From Candidatus Rokuibacteriota bacterium (GTDB lineage: Bacteria; Methylomirabilota; Methylomirabilia; Rokubacteriales; DASRDR01), in NCBI GenBank assembly GCA_044867785.1, contig JBIOVM010000098.1, forward strand, positions 1,004 through 65,003: a DNA stretch of 64,000 bases. The letters run 5' to 3'. Position numbers and translations under genes: made by a program. This document shows positions 8,759 through 18,838 of this stretch, piece after piece. The notes beneath the pieces were generated by a model, which was not told where the DNA came from, ran no database searches, and saw nothing but the letters and a program-made list of their open reading frames with translations. Position 1 is the first letter of the stretch; the number at the start of each line of letters is the position of its first letter.

Positions 8759-9980
8759 ACCCCGTCGACCCGCCGGCTGGCCGCCACGGGCGGGTGCTCG
8801 CCAAGAGCGCGAGCAGACCGAGCCCGAGAGAGCCAGTGAGGAGCAGCGCGCCGGAGACGCCGTGGCGCTCCGACGTCGCCCCGACGAGAAAAGACCCGAT
8901 CGGGAACACGCCGTGGAACACCCAGGTGTAGAGGCTCGTCAATCGCCCGCGAAGCGCGTCCGGGGCGCCGAGCTGGAGGGTCGTGTTGCATCCCGTGACC
9001 GTGACAAGCCCCGAGAATCCCGTCACGAGCAGGACGGGGACCGCCGTCCAGAAGTCTCGGACCATGGCGAGCACCAGCAGCCCAGTGCAGGCCACTCCGG
9101 CGGCGCCGAGCAGCAGGCCGAGGCCGGGCTCGGGGTTGGCCCGCGCCCCGAGCGCCAGCGCGCCCGCGACCGCGCCCACCCCGAGCGCGGCCATCAGGAA
9201 CCCGAACCCCTCCGGCCCGAGGTCGAGCACATCGCGAACCAGAAGGGGCACGTAGACGGTGAAATTGAAGACGCAGAGGCTCACGACGAAGAGGATGCTC
9301 AGCGCCGCGCGGAGTCGCGGCGTCTTCGTCACGTAGCGGATCCCCTCGGCGATGTCGTGGCGGATCGAGGTGCCTCGCCGCGGCCGGCCGGCGCTTTCGG
9401 CGGGCAGACCGAGGAGCGTGAGCAGGACGACCGCGAAGCCGAGCCCGTTCACCGCGAACGCGGGGACGACGCCGAAGCGCGCGATCACGACGCCGGCGAC
9501 CGCCGGTCCCACGATCCGGGCGGCGTTGAAGGACGCCGAGTGGAGCGCGACCGCGTTGCCGAGATCCGCGCGACCCACGAGCCCCAAGACGAAGGACTGC
9601 CGGGTGGGCGCGTCGACGGTGTTCGCGAGGCCAGTGACCAGGGCGAGGAGGGCGATGTGCCAGTAGCGAGCGCGGCCGCTCGCGACGAGCACGGCCAGCG
9701 CCCACGCCTGGCACGCCAGCGCGCTCTGGCTGGCGATCAGCAAGCGGCGCCGCGGCCACCGATCGGCGATCACACCGGCGATCGGCGAGAGCAGGAGGAT
9801 GGGCCCGAACTGCAAGGTGCCGAGGAGACCCAGCTTGAACGGCGAGTCCGTGAGCTGGAGGACGAGCCACGACTGTGACACCGTCTGCATCCAGGCGCCC
9901 ACCAGCGCGACGAGCTGAGCCAGGAAGAAGGAGCGGAACGCGGTGTGATCCAGCGCCCGGAATCCGCGGGGAAACCCCAT
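8748..9980 (-). CDS. MFS transporter (EntS/MFS_3-like exporter)
   Basis: Twelve predicted TM helices and an N-terminus FRALDHTAFRSFFLAQLVALVGAWMQTVSQSWLVLQLT typical of the MFS_3 family. The start is placed at the internal Met after the arginine-rich leader of the ORF. Confidence 0.65.
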   Translation of the reverse strand: MGFPRGFRALDHTAFRSFFLAQLVALVGAWMQTVSQSWLVLQLTDSPFKLGLLGTLQFGPILLLSPIAGVIADRWPRRRLLIASQSALACQAWALAVLVASGRARYWHIALLALVTGLANTVDAPTRQSFVLGLVGRADLGNAVALHSASFNAARIVGPAVAGVVIARFGVVPAFAVNGLGFAVVLLTLLGLPAESAGRPRRGTSIRHDIAEGIRYVTKTPRLRAALSILFVVSLCVFNFTVYVPLLVRDVLDLGPEGFGFLMAALGVGAVAGALALGARANPEPGLGLLLGAAGVACTGLLVLAMVRDFWTAVPVLLVTGFSGLVTVTGCNTTLQLGAPDALRGRLTSLYTWVFHGVFPIGSFLVGATSERHGVSGALLLTGSLGLGLLALLASTRPWRPAGGSTGSAA

Positions 9981-10071
9981 GACGCGCGACAGTGTACCGC
10001 CCCGGGCGGCGGCAAGGGGCCCGGTCGGCCGGTGGCGCCGCATCCTATAATGGCGAGGGGAGGATCGCGCC

Positions 10072-11271
10072 ATGCCGGATGCTTTCATCTGCGACGCCGT
10101 TCGGACACCCATCGGCCGGTACGGGGGTGCGCTGGCGCCGGTCCGCGCCGACGATCTGGCCGCGATCCCGATCCGGGCCCTGGTCGCCCGTCACTCGCGC
10201 GTCGACTGGGCGCGCATCGACGACGTCATCCTGGGCTGTGCCAACCAGGCGGGTGAGGACAACCGCAACGTCGCGCGCATGGCGACCCTCCTGGCCGGCC
10301 TGCCGGTGGAGATCTCCGGAGCGACCGTCAACCGTCTCTGCGGCTCGGGACTCGACGCGGTGGCGACGGCGGCCCGGTTGATTCGCGCGGGTGAGGCCGA
10401 TTTGGTGCTCGCCGGCGGCGTGGAGAGCATGTCGCGGGCCCCGTTCGTCATGGGCAAGGCCGACGTGCCGTTCGCGCGCGACGCGAGACTCTACGACACG
10501 ACGATCGGGTGGCGCTTCGTCAACCCGCGGATGCAGGAGCTCTTCGGCACCGATGCCATGGGGGAGACGGCCGAGAACGTGGCCGAGGAGTGGAAGATCG
10601 ACCGCGCCGACCAGGACGCCTTCGCGGTGCGCAGCCAGCTCCGGGCGCGCGCGGCACAGAAGCGCGGGCGCCTCGCCCAGGAGATCGTCCCCGTTCCCGT
10701 CACTCGCGGGAAGGACACCGTGCAGGTGGCCGAGGACGAGCACCCGCGGGACACGACGCTGGAGGCGCTCGCCCGGCTCAAGCCCGCCTTCCGGGCCGGC
10801 GGCAGCGTGACGGCCGGCAACGCCTCCGGTGTGAACGACGGCGCCTGCGCCTTGCTCGTCGCGTCCGAGCGCGCCGCCGCCGCCTACGGGCTCACGCCCC
10901 GGGCGCGGGTCGCGGCGGGCGCGACGGCGGGCGTGCCGCCGCGCATCATGGGGATCGGTCCGGTGCCGGCGACGCGAAAGCTCCTGGCGCGCGCCGGGCT
11001 CGACCTGTCGCGGATCGACGTCGTGGAGCTCAACGAGGCCTTCGCCGCCCAGGCCCTGGCCGTTCTCCGCGACCTCGGGCTGCCCGACGACGCCGAGCAC
11101 GTGAACCCGAACGGGGGGGCGATTGCCCTCGGCCATCCCCTCGGGATGAGCGGCGCGCGCCTCGCGGCGACGGCGACCTTCGAGCTCCAGGCCCGCGGCG
11201 GCCGCTACGCCGTCTGCGCGATGTGCATCGGCGTCGGCCAGGGGATCGCCGTGTTGCTGGAGCGCGTCTGA
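10072..11271 (+). CDS. acetyl-CoA C-acyltransferase (3-oxoadipyl-CoA/beta-ketoacyl-CoA thiolase)
   Basis: Active-site Cys region [29 protein letters not shown] and C-terminal [10 protein letters not shown] thiolase signatures. Confidence 0.85.
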   Translation: MPDAFICDAVRTPIGRYGGALAPVRADDLAAIPIRALVARHSRVDWARIDDVILGCANQAGEDNRNVARMATLLAGLPVEISGATVNRLCGSGLDAVATAARLIRAGEADLVLAGGVESMSRAPFVMGKADVPFARDARLYDTTIGWRFVNPRMQELFGTDAMGETAENVAEEWKIDRADQDAFAVRSQLRARAAQKRGRLAQEIVPVPVTRGKDTVQVAEDEHPRDTTLEALARLKPAFRAGGSVTAGNASGVNDGACALLVASERAAAAYGLTPRARVAAGATAGVPPRIMGIGPVPATRKLLARAGLDLSRIDVVELNEAFAAQALAVLRDLGLPDDAEHVNPNGGAIALGHPLGMSGARLAATATFELQARGGRYAVCAMCIGVGQGIAVLLERV

Positions 11272-11306
11272 CGCGGCGTGCGCCCGCGATGTAAGGTGAC
11301 GCGTCT

Positions 11307-11684
11307 ATGAGCACGGTCAACGTCCGCTACATGGTCGAGGACGTCGATGCCGCGATCGCCTTCTACACGACCCACCTCGGCTTCAAGCTGCTCACCCGGG
11401 CGGCGCCCGCCTTCGCCGACGTCACGCGAGGGGACCTCCGGCTCCTGCTGAGCGGGCGGACCAGCTCGGCCGGCCGTGCCATGCCCGATGGCCGGCAGCC
11501 GGTGCCCGGCGGCTGGAACCGCTTTCAGGTGGTCGTCGAGGACATCGCCGCCGAGGTGGACCGCCTGCGCCAGGCCGGGCTGCGATTCCGCAACGAGATC
11601 GTGCGGGGACCGGGGGGCGCGCAGATCCTCCTCGAGGACCCGTCCGGCAACCTGATCGAGCTCTTCCAGCCGGCCGCGCACTGA
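11307..11684 (+). CDS. VOC (glyoxalase/bleomycin-resistance) family protein
   Basis: Length of 125 aa and paired beta-alpha-beta-beta-beta modules (AIAFYTTHLGFKL ... LEDPSGNLIELFQ). Confidence 0.55.
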   Translation: MSTVNVRYMVEDVDAAIAFYTTHLGFKLLTRAAPAFADVTRGDLRLLLSGRTSSAGRAMPDGRQPVPGGWNRFQVVVEDIAAEVDRLRQAGLRFRNEIVRGPGGAQILLEDPSGNLIELFQPAAH

Positions 11685-11708
11685 GCGCGCGCCGTCGCGG
11701 AGCCCACT

Positions 11709-12539
11709 TCAGCGACGGAGAAACGCGCCGAGCCGGCGCGTGAACGCGTCGCGCTCCTCGACCTGGGGCGAGTGGCCGCTCGCCTCGAAGATCGTGAGCT
11801 CCGAGTGCGGGACGAGCGTGTGGATCTCCTCCGCCTGGTCGACAGGGCAGATCCAGTCGTGGCGCCCCACCATGACCAGGGTGGGGCCGGCGATGGCGGC
11901 GAGCTCAGCCCGGCAGTCGTACGTCGGGTACTCGTGCTCGATCACGAACTTCCGGACGGCGATGCGATAGCGCGTGTCCGCCCGCGCCTGGTTCGCCGCC
12001 GCGGCCAGCGCCTTGTCGTGGAAGTAGAGCGGCCGGATCGTCTCGAACGCGCGCCGGAAGCTCGCGTCGTCGGGAAGCGAGCCGTCCCAGAGGGACCGGT
12101 AGGCGGCCCACTGCTCGGGCGTCGCCTGGCGCCGGGCGTTGGCTTCCGCGCGGGGCATGAACGCGTGGCTCGCCGAGGCGCCCACGACGGCGAGCGTCCG
12201 CATCGCCGCGGGATGGCGGGCGGCGTACATGAGCGCGAGAAAGCCGCCCCAGCTGATGCCCAGGACATGGACGGAACCGAGATCGAGCGCCTGCCGGATC
12301 CCTTCCATGTCCCGGACGAGCTGGTCCTGCGTGCACTGCTCGACCGGCCCCCACTCGGACCGGCCATGCCCACGGTGGTCCCAGAAGACCATGCGAAGCC
12401 CGAGCGGCCCGGCCATCGGGCCCAGCGAGCGGACGAGGCCACCCGAGTCCGTGCCGGGGCCGCCGTGAGGGACGAGGCACGGCGACCCGTCCCCCACGAC
12501 CTCGGCGTGGAGGGTCGTTCCGTTGACCCGGAGCTCCAC
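11709..12539 (-). CDS. alpha/beta hydrolase (proline iminopeptidase-like)
   Basis: HGGPG oxyanion motif, nucleophile elbow GISWGG, and C-terminal HSPQ. Confidence 0.7.
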   Translation of the reverse strand: MELRVNGTTLHAEVVGDGSPCLVPHGGPGTDSGGLVRSLGPMAGPLGLRMVFWDHRGHGRSEWGPVEQCTQDQLVRDMEGIRQALDLGSVHVLGISWGGFLALMYAARHPAAMRTLAVVGASASHAFMPRAEANARRQATPEQWAAYRSLWDGSLPDDASFRRAFETIRPLYFHDKALAAAANQARADTRYRIAVRKFVIEHEYPTYDCRAELAAIAGPTLVMVGRHDWICPVDQAEEIHTLVPHSELTIFEASGHSPQVEERDAFTRRLGAFLRR

Positions 12540-12546
12540 GCCCGCC

Positions 12547-14184
12547 CTACCGGCCCGTCAGCTTCACGCTCTTCAGGGACTGGTAGATCCCTCCGTACGC
12601 CGGGATGGGCACGAACCCGTCGTAGCTCTGGCGCGTCACGTAGACCTGCTGGGGGAAGTAGAGGAAGACGTAGGGCGCGTCCTCCATCAGGATCTTCGAG
12701 AACTCGGCGTACTGCCGCTTCCGCTCCGCCTGGTCACCGGCGCGGCGCGCCGCCTCGAGGGCGGTGTCGGCGCGTGGATTCTTGTAGTGGGCGAAGTTCC
12801 GTCCCTTCCACTGACCCGAGTGCCAGATCGAGTACGCGAAGGGGTCCGGATCGTGGAAGTTCGTCCAGCCCACCACGATGCCCTCGAAGTCCGACGCGAA
12901 GAGCTTCTTCACGAAGGTCGGCCAGTCGAGCGGTTCGATGCGCGCCTCCACGCCGACCTTCTTCAGGAACTCCTGGATTATGATCGACGTGTCCTTGACG
13001 GTCTGGTCGGCCTGGTCGTGCTTGAGCGAGAAGGCGAGGCGCTTGCCGTCCTTCTGGAGGACGCCATCGGACCCCGGCTTCCAGCCGGCCTCGGCGAGCA
13101 GGGCCTTGGCCCGATTCGGGTCGTAGGGGTACGGCTTGACCGAGGGATCGAACGCCCAGCTGCCGGGCGGAAACTGTCCGGTGGCGACGGTGCCGTAGCC
13201 CTGCAGCACCTCCCGGACGATGGCCGGAATGTCGATCGCGTGGTAGAGCGCCCGGCGGACCTGCAGGTCGTCGAACGGGGCGAGGTCCTGGCGGAAGCCG
13301 AAGTACGTGTACGAGGTGTTGTCGGCGGTGAGGACCTTGAACCCGGGCGTCTGCTTGAGCCGCGCCATCTCGGTGAGGGGCGGCCGCTCGATGAAGTCCA
13401 CACCGCCGGCGCGCAGCTCCTGCAGCAGCACGACCGTGTCGGGGATGACGCGGTAGATCAGCCGATCCAGCGCCGGCCGTCCCGCATGGTAGTCGGGATT
13501 GGCCTCGAGGACGATCCGCTCGCCCCGCCTCCACTCGACGAACTTGAAGGGCCCGGTCCCGATCGGCTTCCGGTTGAATTCCGTCGTGTTGAGGTCCTGG
13601 CCTTTCAGGATGTGCTCGGGGACGATGCCCGCCCGCGGGTTGACGAGCACCGCGAGGAACGCGCCGTAGGGATAGCGAAGGCGGAAGCGGATGGTGTGGT
13701 CGTCGAGGACCTCGATCGGCTTCTGCGCGAGCTCCTCCGGCTTCTTCGGATGGTCCTTGTTGGTCAGCTCGGGGAACCCGACCAGCGCGTCGAAGTAGCC
13801 CCGATGCGGCGTCGTGACCTTCGGATCGAGCACGGAGTAGAACGTGAAGGCCACGTCCCGCGCGGTGAACGGCTTGCCGTCGTGCCACTTCACGCCCTTC
13901 TTCAGCTTGAACGTGTAGGTGAGCGCGTCCCGAGAGACTTCCCAGGACTCCGCCAGCAGCGGCTTCACCCCGAGCTTCTCGTCGAGCTCGACCAGGCTGT
14001 CGTAGATCGGCCACTCCGCGATGTAGGACTGGCCGTCGGTGGCGATCACGGGATTGAGGCTGGTCGCGTCGCCGTGGAACCCGATCACGAAGTCCTTCCC
14101 GACGGCGGCCGTGTCCGACGGGGCACCCAGCCCGGCGGCGAACGCCAGCGACAGGACCATCACGAGCACGAGCCGGTAGCGCAT
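12547..14184 (-). CDS. ABC transporter substrate-binding protein, family 5 (oligopeptide/dipeptide/nickel type)
   Basis: Signal peptide (MRYRLVLVMVLSLAFAAGLGA) and a DppA/OppA-like fold (GTGPFKF, VLEANPDYH). A GGAGAG Shine-Dalgarno sits before the ATG at 14184. Confidence 0.8.
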   Translation of the reverse strand: MRYRLVLVMVLSLAFAAGLGAPSDTAAVGKDFVIGFHGDATSLNPVIATDGQSYIAEWPIYDSLVELDEKLGVKPLLAESWEVSRDALTYTFKLKKGVKWHDGKPFTARDVAFTFYSVLDPKVTTPHRGYFDALVGFPELTNKDHPKKPEELAQKPIEVLDDHTIRFRLRYPYGAFLAVLVNPRAGIVPEHILKGQDLNTTEFNRKPIGTGPFKFVEWRRGERIVLEANPDYHAGRPALDRLIYRVIPDTVVLLQELRAGGVDFIERPPLTEMARLKQTPGFKVLTADNTSYTYFGFRQDLAPFDDLQVRRALYHAIDIPAIVREVLQGYGTVATGQFPPGSWAFDPSVKPYPYDPNRAKALLAEAGWKPGSDGVLQKDGKRLAFSLKHDQADQTVKDTSIIIQEFLKKVGVEARIEPLDWPTFVKKLFASDFEGIVVGWTNFHDPDPFAYSIWHSGQWKGRNFAHYKNPRADTALEAARRAGDQAERKRQYAEFSKILMEDAPYVFLYFPQQVYVTRQSYDGFVPIPAYGGIYQSLKSVKLTGR

Positions 14185-14229
14185 GGGACTCTCCTTCGTG
14201 TGACGTAGCGGTGGTCCGTTCACCATAGC

Positions 14230-15066
14230 CTAAGGGGCCCCCGAGCGCAGCGCCGGGTCGAGCGCGTCGCGGAGGCCGTCGCCGAAGAGGTTGAAGCCGA
14301 GGACGGTCACGAAGATGGCCACGCCCGGGAAGGTCGAGACCCACCAGGCCGAGGCGAGGAACTGGCGACCTTCGACGACCATGTTGCCCCAGCTGGGGGT
14401 CGGGGGCTGCGTGCCCAGGCCGAGATACGACAGGCCCGACTCGATCAGGATCGTCTGGCCGAGGAGCAGCGTGCCCTGCACGATGATGGCGGGTACGGCG
14501 TTCACGAGCACGTGCCGCGCCAGGATCCGTCCGTGGCTCGCGCCGAGCGCGCGGGCGGCCTCGACGAAGTCCCGGGCCCGGAGAGACAGGCACTCGCCCC
14601 GGACGATGCGGGCCACCGGCGCCCAGGTCACCAGCCCGACCACGAGGGCGGTGTTGAGCAGGCTCGCCCCGAACAGCGCGACGACCACGAGGATGAGAAA
14701 GAGCGCGGGCACGGACATGAAGACGTCGGCCACGCGCATGATCGCGGTGTCCACGCCCGCCCCGAAGTAGCCGGCGGTGCCGCCGACCGCGGTTCCGACG
14801 AGGATGGCCAGGCCGGTGGCCAGGAAGCCGATCTGGAGCGAGACGCGGGCGCCCCAGATGATGCGGGTCAGGATGTCCCGCCCGAACCCGTCGGTCCCGA
14901 GCCAGTGGGCCGGCGTCGGCGGCTTCAAGCGCTGGAGGAGCGACTGGGTCGAATAGCTGTAGGGCGCCACGGCCGGCGCCAGGATCCCGGCGACGAGGAT
15001 CAGGGCGACCAGGACGCCGCCGAGGAGCCCGCGCCGGTTTCGGACGAGTCGCTTCACGCTGCCCAT
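14230..15066 (-). CDS. ABC transporter permease (DppC/OppC-like)
   Basis: Six TM helices and an EAA-like loop LGASHGRILARHVLVNAVP. Confidence 0.8.
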   Translation of the reverse strand: MGSVKRLVRNRRGLLGGVLVALILVAGILAPAVAPYSYSTQSLLQRLKPPTPAHWLGTDGFGRDILTRIIWGARVSLQIGFLATGLAILVGTAVGGTAGYFGAGVDTAIMRVADVFMSVPALFLILVVVALFGASLLNTALVVGLVTWAPVARIVRGECLSLRARDFVEAARALGASHGRILARHVLVNAVPAIIVQGTLLLGQTILIESGLSYLGLGTQPPTPSWGNMVVEGRQFLASAWWVSTFPGVAIFVTVLGFNLFGDGLRDALDPALRSGAP

Positions 15067-15073
15067 GGCCGGC

Positions 15074-16036
15074 TCAGGAGTAGGAGATGCGTGGGTCGAT
15101 CAGGCAGTAGGCCAGATCGGTGAGGAGGTTCGCGGTGATGACGACCGCCGCCACCAGCAGGTTCACGCCCATGATGACCGGGTAGTCACGCTCGAAGACG
15201 GCGCCCACGGCGAGCCGTCCGATCCCGGGCCAGGCGAACACGGTCTCTGTGAGCACGGCGCCGCCGACCAGGGTCGGGAGGGAGAGCCCCACGACGGTCA
15301 CCACGGGGATCAGGGCGTTGCGGAGCGCGTGGCGCCAGATTACCTGCCCAGCCGGCACCCCCTTCGCGCGCGCCGTCCGGACGTAGTCCTGGCGCAGCGC
15401 CTCGAGCAGGCTCGACCGGGTGAAGCGCATGAGCGCGGCCATCTGGATCAAGCCGAGCGTGAGTGTGGGCAAGACGGCGTGACGTAGGCGCGCCCCCAGG
15501 TCGCCTTCGCGGCCGTACTCGCTCAGCCCCGAGGGCGGGAGTAGGTGGAACGCCTCGGAGAACAGCAGGATCAGCATGATGCCGAGCCAGAAGCTCGGAA
15601 AGGAGACCCCGAACAGCGACACCGCGGACGCGACCGTGTCCCAGATCGTGTCGCGGCGAACGGCGGCGAGCACGCCCAGCGGCACGGCAACGAGGAACGC
15701 GAGGGCGAGCGCGCCACCCGTCAGCTGGAGCGTGGGGCCGAGCCGATCGAGGATCAGGGTGAGGACCGGGTCACCGGTCTTGAAGGAGCGGCCGAGGTCG
15801 CCCTGGAGCGCGGCCAGGACCCAGCTCCCGTACTGGGCGAGGAGCGGGCGGTCGAGGCCGAGGCGCTCGCGCACCTGGGCCGCGACGTCCTGCGAGAATT
15901 CCCCGCCGATGAGGACGGCCTCGGGACCGCCCGGCGCCAGGCGCATGAGGGTGAAGAGGACGACGGAGACGCCGGCGAGCATCAGCGCCGCGAATCCGAG
16001 TCGCTTCGCCGCGTAGCGCGCGAGGCCTCGCGTCAT
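15074..16036 (-). CDS. ABC transporter permease (DppB/OppB-like)
   Basis: BPD_transp_1 fold with an EAA loop (ARAKGVPAGQVIWRHALRNAL). Confidence 0.8.
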   Translation of the reverse strand: MTRGLARYAAKRLGFAALMLAGVSVVLFTLMRLAPGGPEAVLIGGEFSQDVAAQVRERLGLDRPLLAQYGSWVLAALQGDLGRSFKTGDPVLTLILDRLGPTLQLTGGALALAFLVAVPLGVLAAVRRDTIWDTVASAVSLFGVSFPSFWLGIMLILLFSEAFHLLPPSGLSEYGREGDLGARLRHAVLPTLTLGLIQMAALMRFTRSSLLEALRQDYVRTARAKGVPAGQVIWRHALRNALIPVVTVVGLSLPTLVGGAVLTETVFAWPGIGRLAVGAVFERDYPVIMGVNLLVAAVVITANLLTDLAYCLIDPRISYS

Positions 16037-16091
16037 CTCACCGGGTTCCGCGCGGTGACGCTAGCATCGGCGTCGAGAGAGGGTCAATGGC

Positions 16092-16589
16092 TCAGGGCCG
16101 CCGGCGGTCGGGTGACGCGGCCGGGATGGTGCGCCCGCCGCGCCGCCGCCGCCGTCCGCGGCGCGCCGCTCCGCCGGGTCGGTCGCGCCGGGTCCTCGGG
16201 CGCGCGGGCCACTCGCCCCGCTCCTCGAGGACGCGGCGCAGCACGGCCAGCCCCTCGGCCACGACCGGCATGCCGCCGTAGGTCACCTGCTGGAAGATCG
16301 CCTCGGCGACTTCCCGCCGCGTCGCGCCGACGTTGAGGGCGGCATGCACGTGAGCGTAGAGCTCGTTCGACCGCGCCAACACCGTCAAGGCGGCGACCGC
16401 ACAGAGCTCGCGCTGCCGCTGGGAGAGCACCGTGCGGCTGTAGAGCCGCCCGGCGAAGAAGACGCTCAGCTCGCGCGCCAGCGCCGGGTCCAGTGTCCTC
16501 CACGTGTCGTAGCCCACGCCGCCGCGGACCGTCCGGAAGAGACGGCGCGCGGTGCGGCGGGCCTTCTCCATCAGCGCGCGATCCGGCAT
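16092..16589 (-). CDS. carboxymuconolactone decarboxylase (AhpD-like) family protein with an unusual Arg-rich C-terminal tail
   Basis: CMD-family core (ELCAVAALTVLARSNELYAHVHAALNVGATRREVAEAIFQQVTYGGMP). The last roughly 45 aa are low-complexity Arg/Gly. Confidence 0.55.
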   Translation of the reverse strand: MPDRALMEKARRTARRLFRTVRGGVGYDTWRTLDPALARELSVFFAGRLYSRTVLSQRQRELCAVAALTVLARSNELYAHVHAALNVGATRREVAEAIFQQVTYGGMPVVAEGLAVLRRVLEERGEWPARPRTRRDRPGGAARRGRRRRRGGRTIPAASPDRRRP

Positions 16590-16628
16590 GTCCTTCCTCC
16601 TGGGCCGGAGGCCCGATCCAGGTCCAAG

Positions 16629-17800
16629 CTAGCGGGCGCGGCTCCCACCGCGCAGGCGGGTGGCTCCCGCCGCCGCCACCCCCGCGGCCGCGACGGCCAC
16701 GGCCATCGGCACCGGCGTGCCGTCGTAGAAGCGGCCGATCAGGATTCCGTAGCCGGCGGCGGCGGTCAGCTGCAGGAATCCGAGCACTGCCGAGGCCAGG
16801 CCCGCGGTCCGCGGGAACGGCCCGATGGCGCCCGCCACGGCGGTTGGGAGCACGACCCCGACGCCGACGGCGAAGGCGTACATCGGCCCGATGACTGCGG
16901 GCACCGTCCAGATGCGAGCCCACGCCAGGCCCGCCATCAGGCCGCCCGCCGCCGCGCCGAGGCAGGTTGCCGCGCGGATCAGACCGTCGATGCCCACGCG
17001 GGGGACGAACCGGGCGGCCAGGAAGCTGCCGGTCATGATGCCGAACGCCACCAGCCCGAAACAGAGCCCGTAGACATCCGGCGTGACGCCGAGCACCTCG
17101 ATCAGGACGAACGACGAGCCCGAGATGAACGCGAACTGCCCTCCGAACATGAGCGCGACGACCAGGGTGTACCCGAGGAAGCCGCGGTCGGTGAGCAGCT
17201 CCGCGGTGCTCGTCGCGAGGCGTCCACGATCGCGCTGTCGGTTCGTCTCCGGGACGAGCAGCGCCGCGACGCCTAGAAACACCGCGCCGCACGCCGCCAG
17301 GACGAGGTACACGGCCCGCCAGCCGAAGGCGACGTGCACCAGGCCCCCGACGATCGGCGCCAGGATCGGCGTGAGCGCCATGGCGGTGCCCATGTAGCCG
17401 AGGATGCGCGCGGCCTCCGAAGGCTCGTAGAGGTCGCGTACCACCGCGCGTCCGACGACCGGGCCGCTCCCGGCGCCGAGCGCCTGCAGAAGCCGGCCGG
17501 CCACGAGCAGCCGCGCCGTCGGGGCGGCCCAGCAGGCGAGGCCTCCGAGGGCGTAGACGGCGAGGCCGCCCAAGAGCACGCGGCGCCGACCGACTCGATC
17601 GGAGAGCGGGCCGTGGACGAGTTGCGCCAGCGCGAACGTGGCGAGGAACAGCGTGACCGTGAGCTGCATGCTCTCGGGTCGGGCGCCCAGGTCGTCGGCA
17701 GCGGCCGGCAGCGACGGCAACGCCATGTCGATGGACAGCGAGCCGATCGCCACCACGGCCGTGAGCAGGACGGCGACCGGGCCCCGCAGGCGATCGGCGG
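16629..17800 (-). CDS. MFS transporter, Bcr/CflA drug-resistance subfamily (start codon unresolved)
   Basis: TM1-loop motif GSLSIDMALPSLPAAADDLGA and LSDRVGRRRVLLGGL (MFS motif A). No ATG, GTG or TTG lies between TM1 and the upstream gene stop at 17852. The nearest in-frame GTG is at about 17906. Confidence 0.6.
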
Positions 17801-17851
17801 CTCCCGCCGAGCCGGCGGGCGGACGGTCGGGGCAAGCCGTGAACCGGGTCC

Positions 17852-18838
17852 CTACGGCTCCGTCACGAGCCGCGAAAACGTCGCCGCGTCGATGTTCGTG
17901 CCGCACACGATCACGCCGACCCGGCGGCCGCCCAGGCGCTCGCGAAGCGGCCCCAACAGGGCCGCGGTGGCCGCGGCTCCGGCCGGCTCGACGGCGAGCT
18001 TCACGCCGCGGAAGAGGAGCCCCATCGCGCGCCGCAGCGCGTCGTCCTGCACCAGGACCAGGTCGTCGAGCGCCCGCCGGCACAGCTCGAAGCTGTAGGC
18101 CGCGGCATGCGGCGCGCCCAGGCTGTCGGCGATGGTCCGGACCGCGTCGATCGCCTCGGGCTTGCCGGCGGCGAGACTCCGCCGCATCGAGTCCGCGCCG
18201 GTGGGCTCCACGCCGAAGACCTGACAGTGGGGCAGGGCGAGCTTGACCGCCGTCGCCACACCGGCGCACAGCCCGCCGCCGCCGATCGGCACGATCACGG
18301 CCTCGAGATCCGGCGCCTGCTCGCAGAGCTCGAGGCCGAGCGTGGCGGTGCCGAGGGCGGTGCGCGGTCCCTCGAACGGGTGGACGAAGGTGCGCCCTTC
18401 GGCGGCCTCGATCTCCCGCACCCGCTCGAACGCCCGGTGCACGTCTTCGACCAGGTCGACCTCGGCGCCCCACCACCGGCAGGCGGCCACGCGGGCCGGG
18501 TTGGCGGAGCGCGGCATCACGACCTTGGCAGTCGTGCCGAGCACCCGTGCGGCGTATCCCACCGCGATGGCGTGGTTACCCGCGCTGACGGCCGTCACGC
18601 CGCGGGCGAGGGCGGCGCGGTCGAGCGCCAGCATCACCGTCAGCGCGCCTCGCGGCTTGAAGGTCCCCGTGTGCTGGAAGAGCTCCAGCTTCAGGACGAC
18701 CTCGGTCTTGGGGTCCAGGTGGTCGGTGATCTCGCGCCCGCGCCAGCGCCAGACCGGCGTCTCGACCACCAGGTCCCCGAGCCGCTCTCGGGCCGCGCGA
18801 ATCTCCGAGAGCGTGGGGGCGGACACGTCCTGTCCCAT
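17852..18838 (-). CDS. PLP-dependent threonine/serine dehydratase (fold-type II, catabolic/EutB-like)
   Basis: PLP-lysine motif HTGTFKPRGA, glycine loop VIVPIGGGGLCAG, and SAGNHA. The ATG at 18838 overlaps the upstream stop (TGATG). Confidence 0.8.
   Translation of the reverse strand: MGQDVSAPTLSEIRAARERLGDLVVETPVWRWRGREITDHLDPKTEVVLKLELFQHTGTFKPRGALTVMLALDRAALARGVTAVSAGNHAIAVGYAARVLGTTAKVVMPRSANPARVAACRWWGAEVDLVEDVHRAFERVREIEAAEGRTFVHPFEGPRTALGTATLGLELCEQAPDLEAVIVPIGGGGLCAGVATAVKLALPHCQVFGVEPTGADSMRRSLAAGKPEAIDAVRTIADSLGAPHAAAYSFELCRRALDDLVLVQDDALRRAMGLLFRGVKLAVEPAGAAATAALLGPLRERLGGRRVGVIVCGTNIDAATFSRLVTEP

Noticed and set aside
12734-14593. 619-aa minus-strand ORF overlapping the substrate-binding-protein gene
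   Set aside because: It is the +1/-1 frame of the SBP gene, which has a clear signal peptide and OppA-like fold. The alternate frame is Arg/Pro-rich.
16629-18476. 615-aa minus-strand ORF treated as a single gene
   Set aside because: It is a read-through composite. The C-terminal two-thirds is the Bcr-type MFS transporter. The N-terminal third is an off-frame translation across the 3' end of the dehydratase gene.
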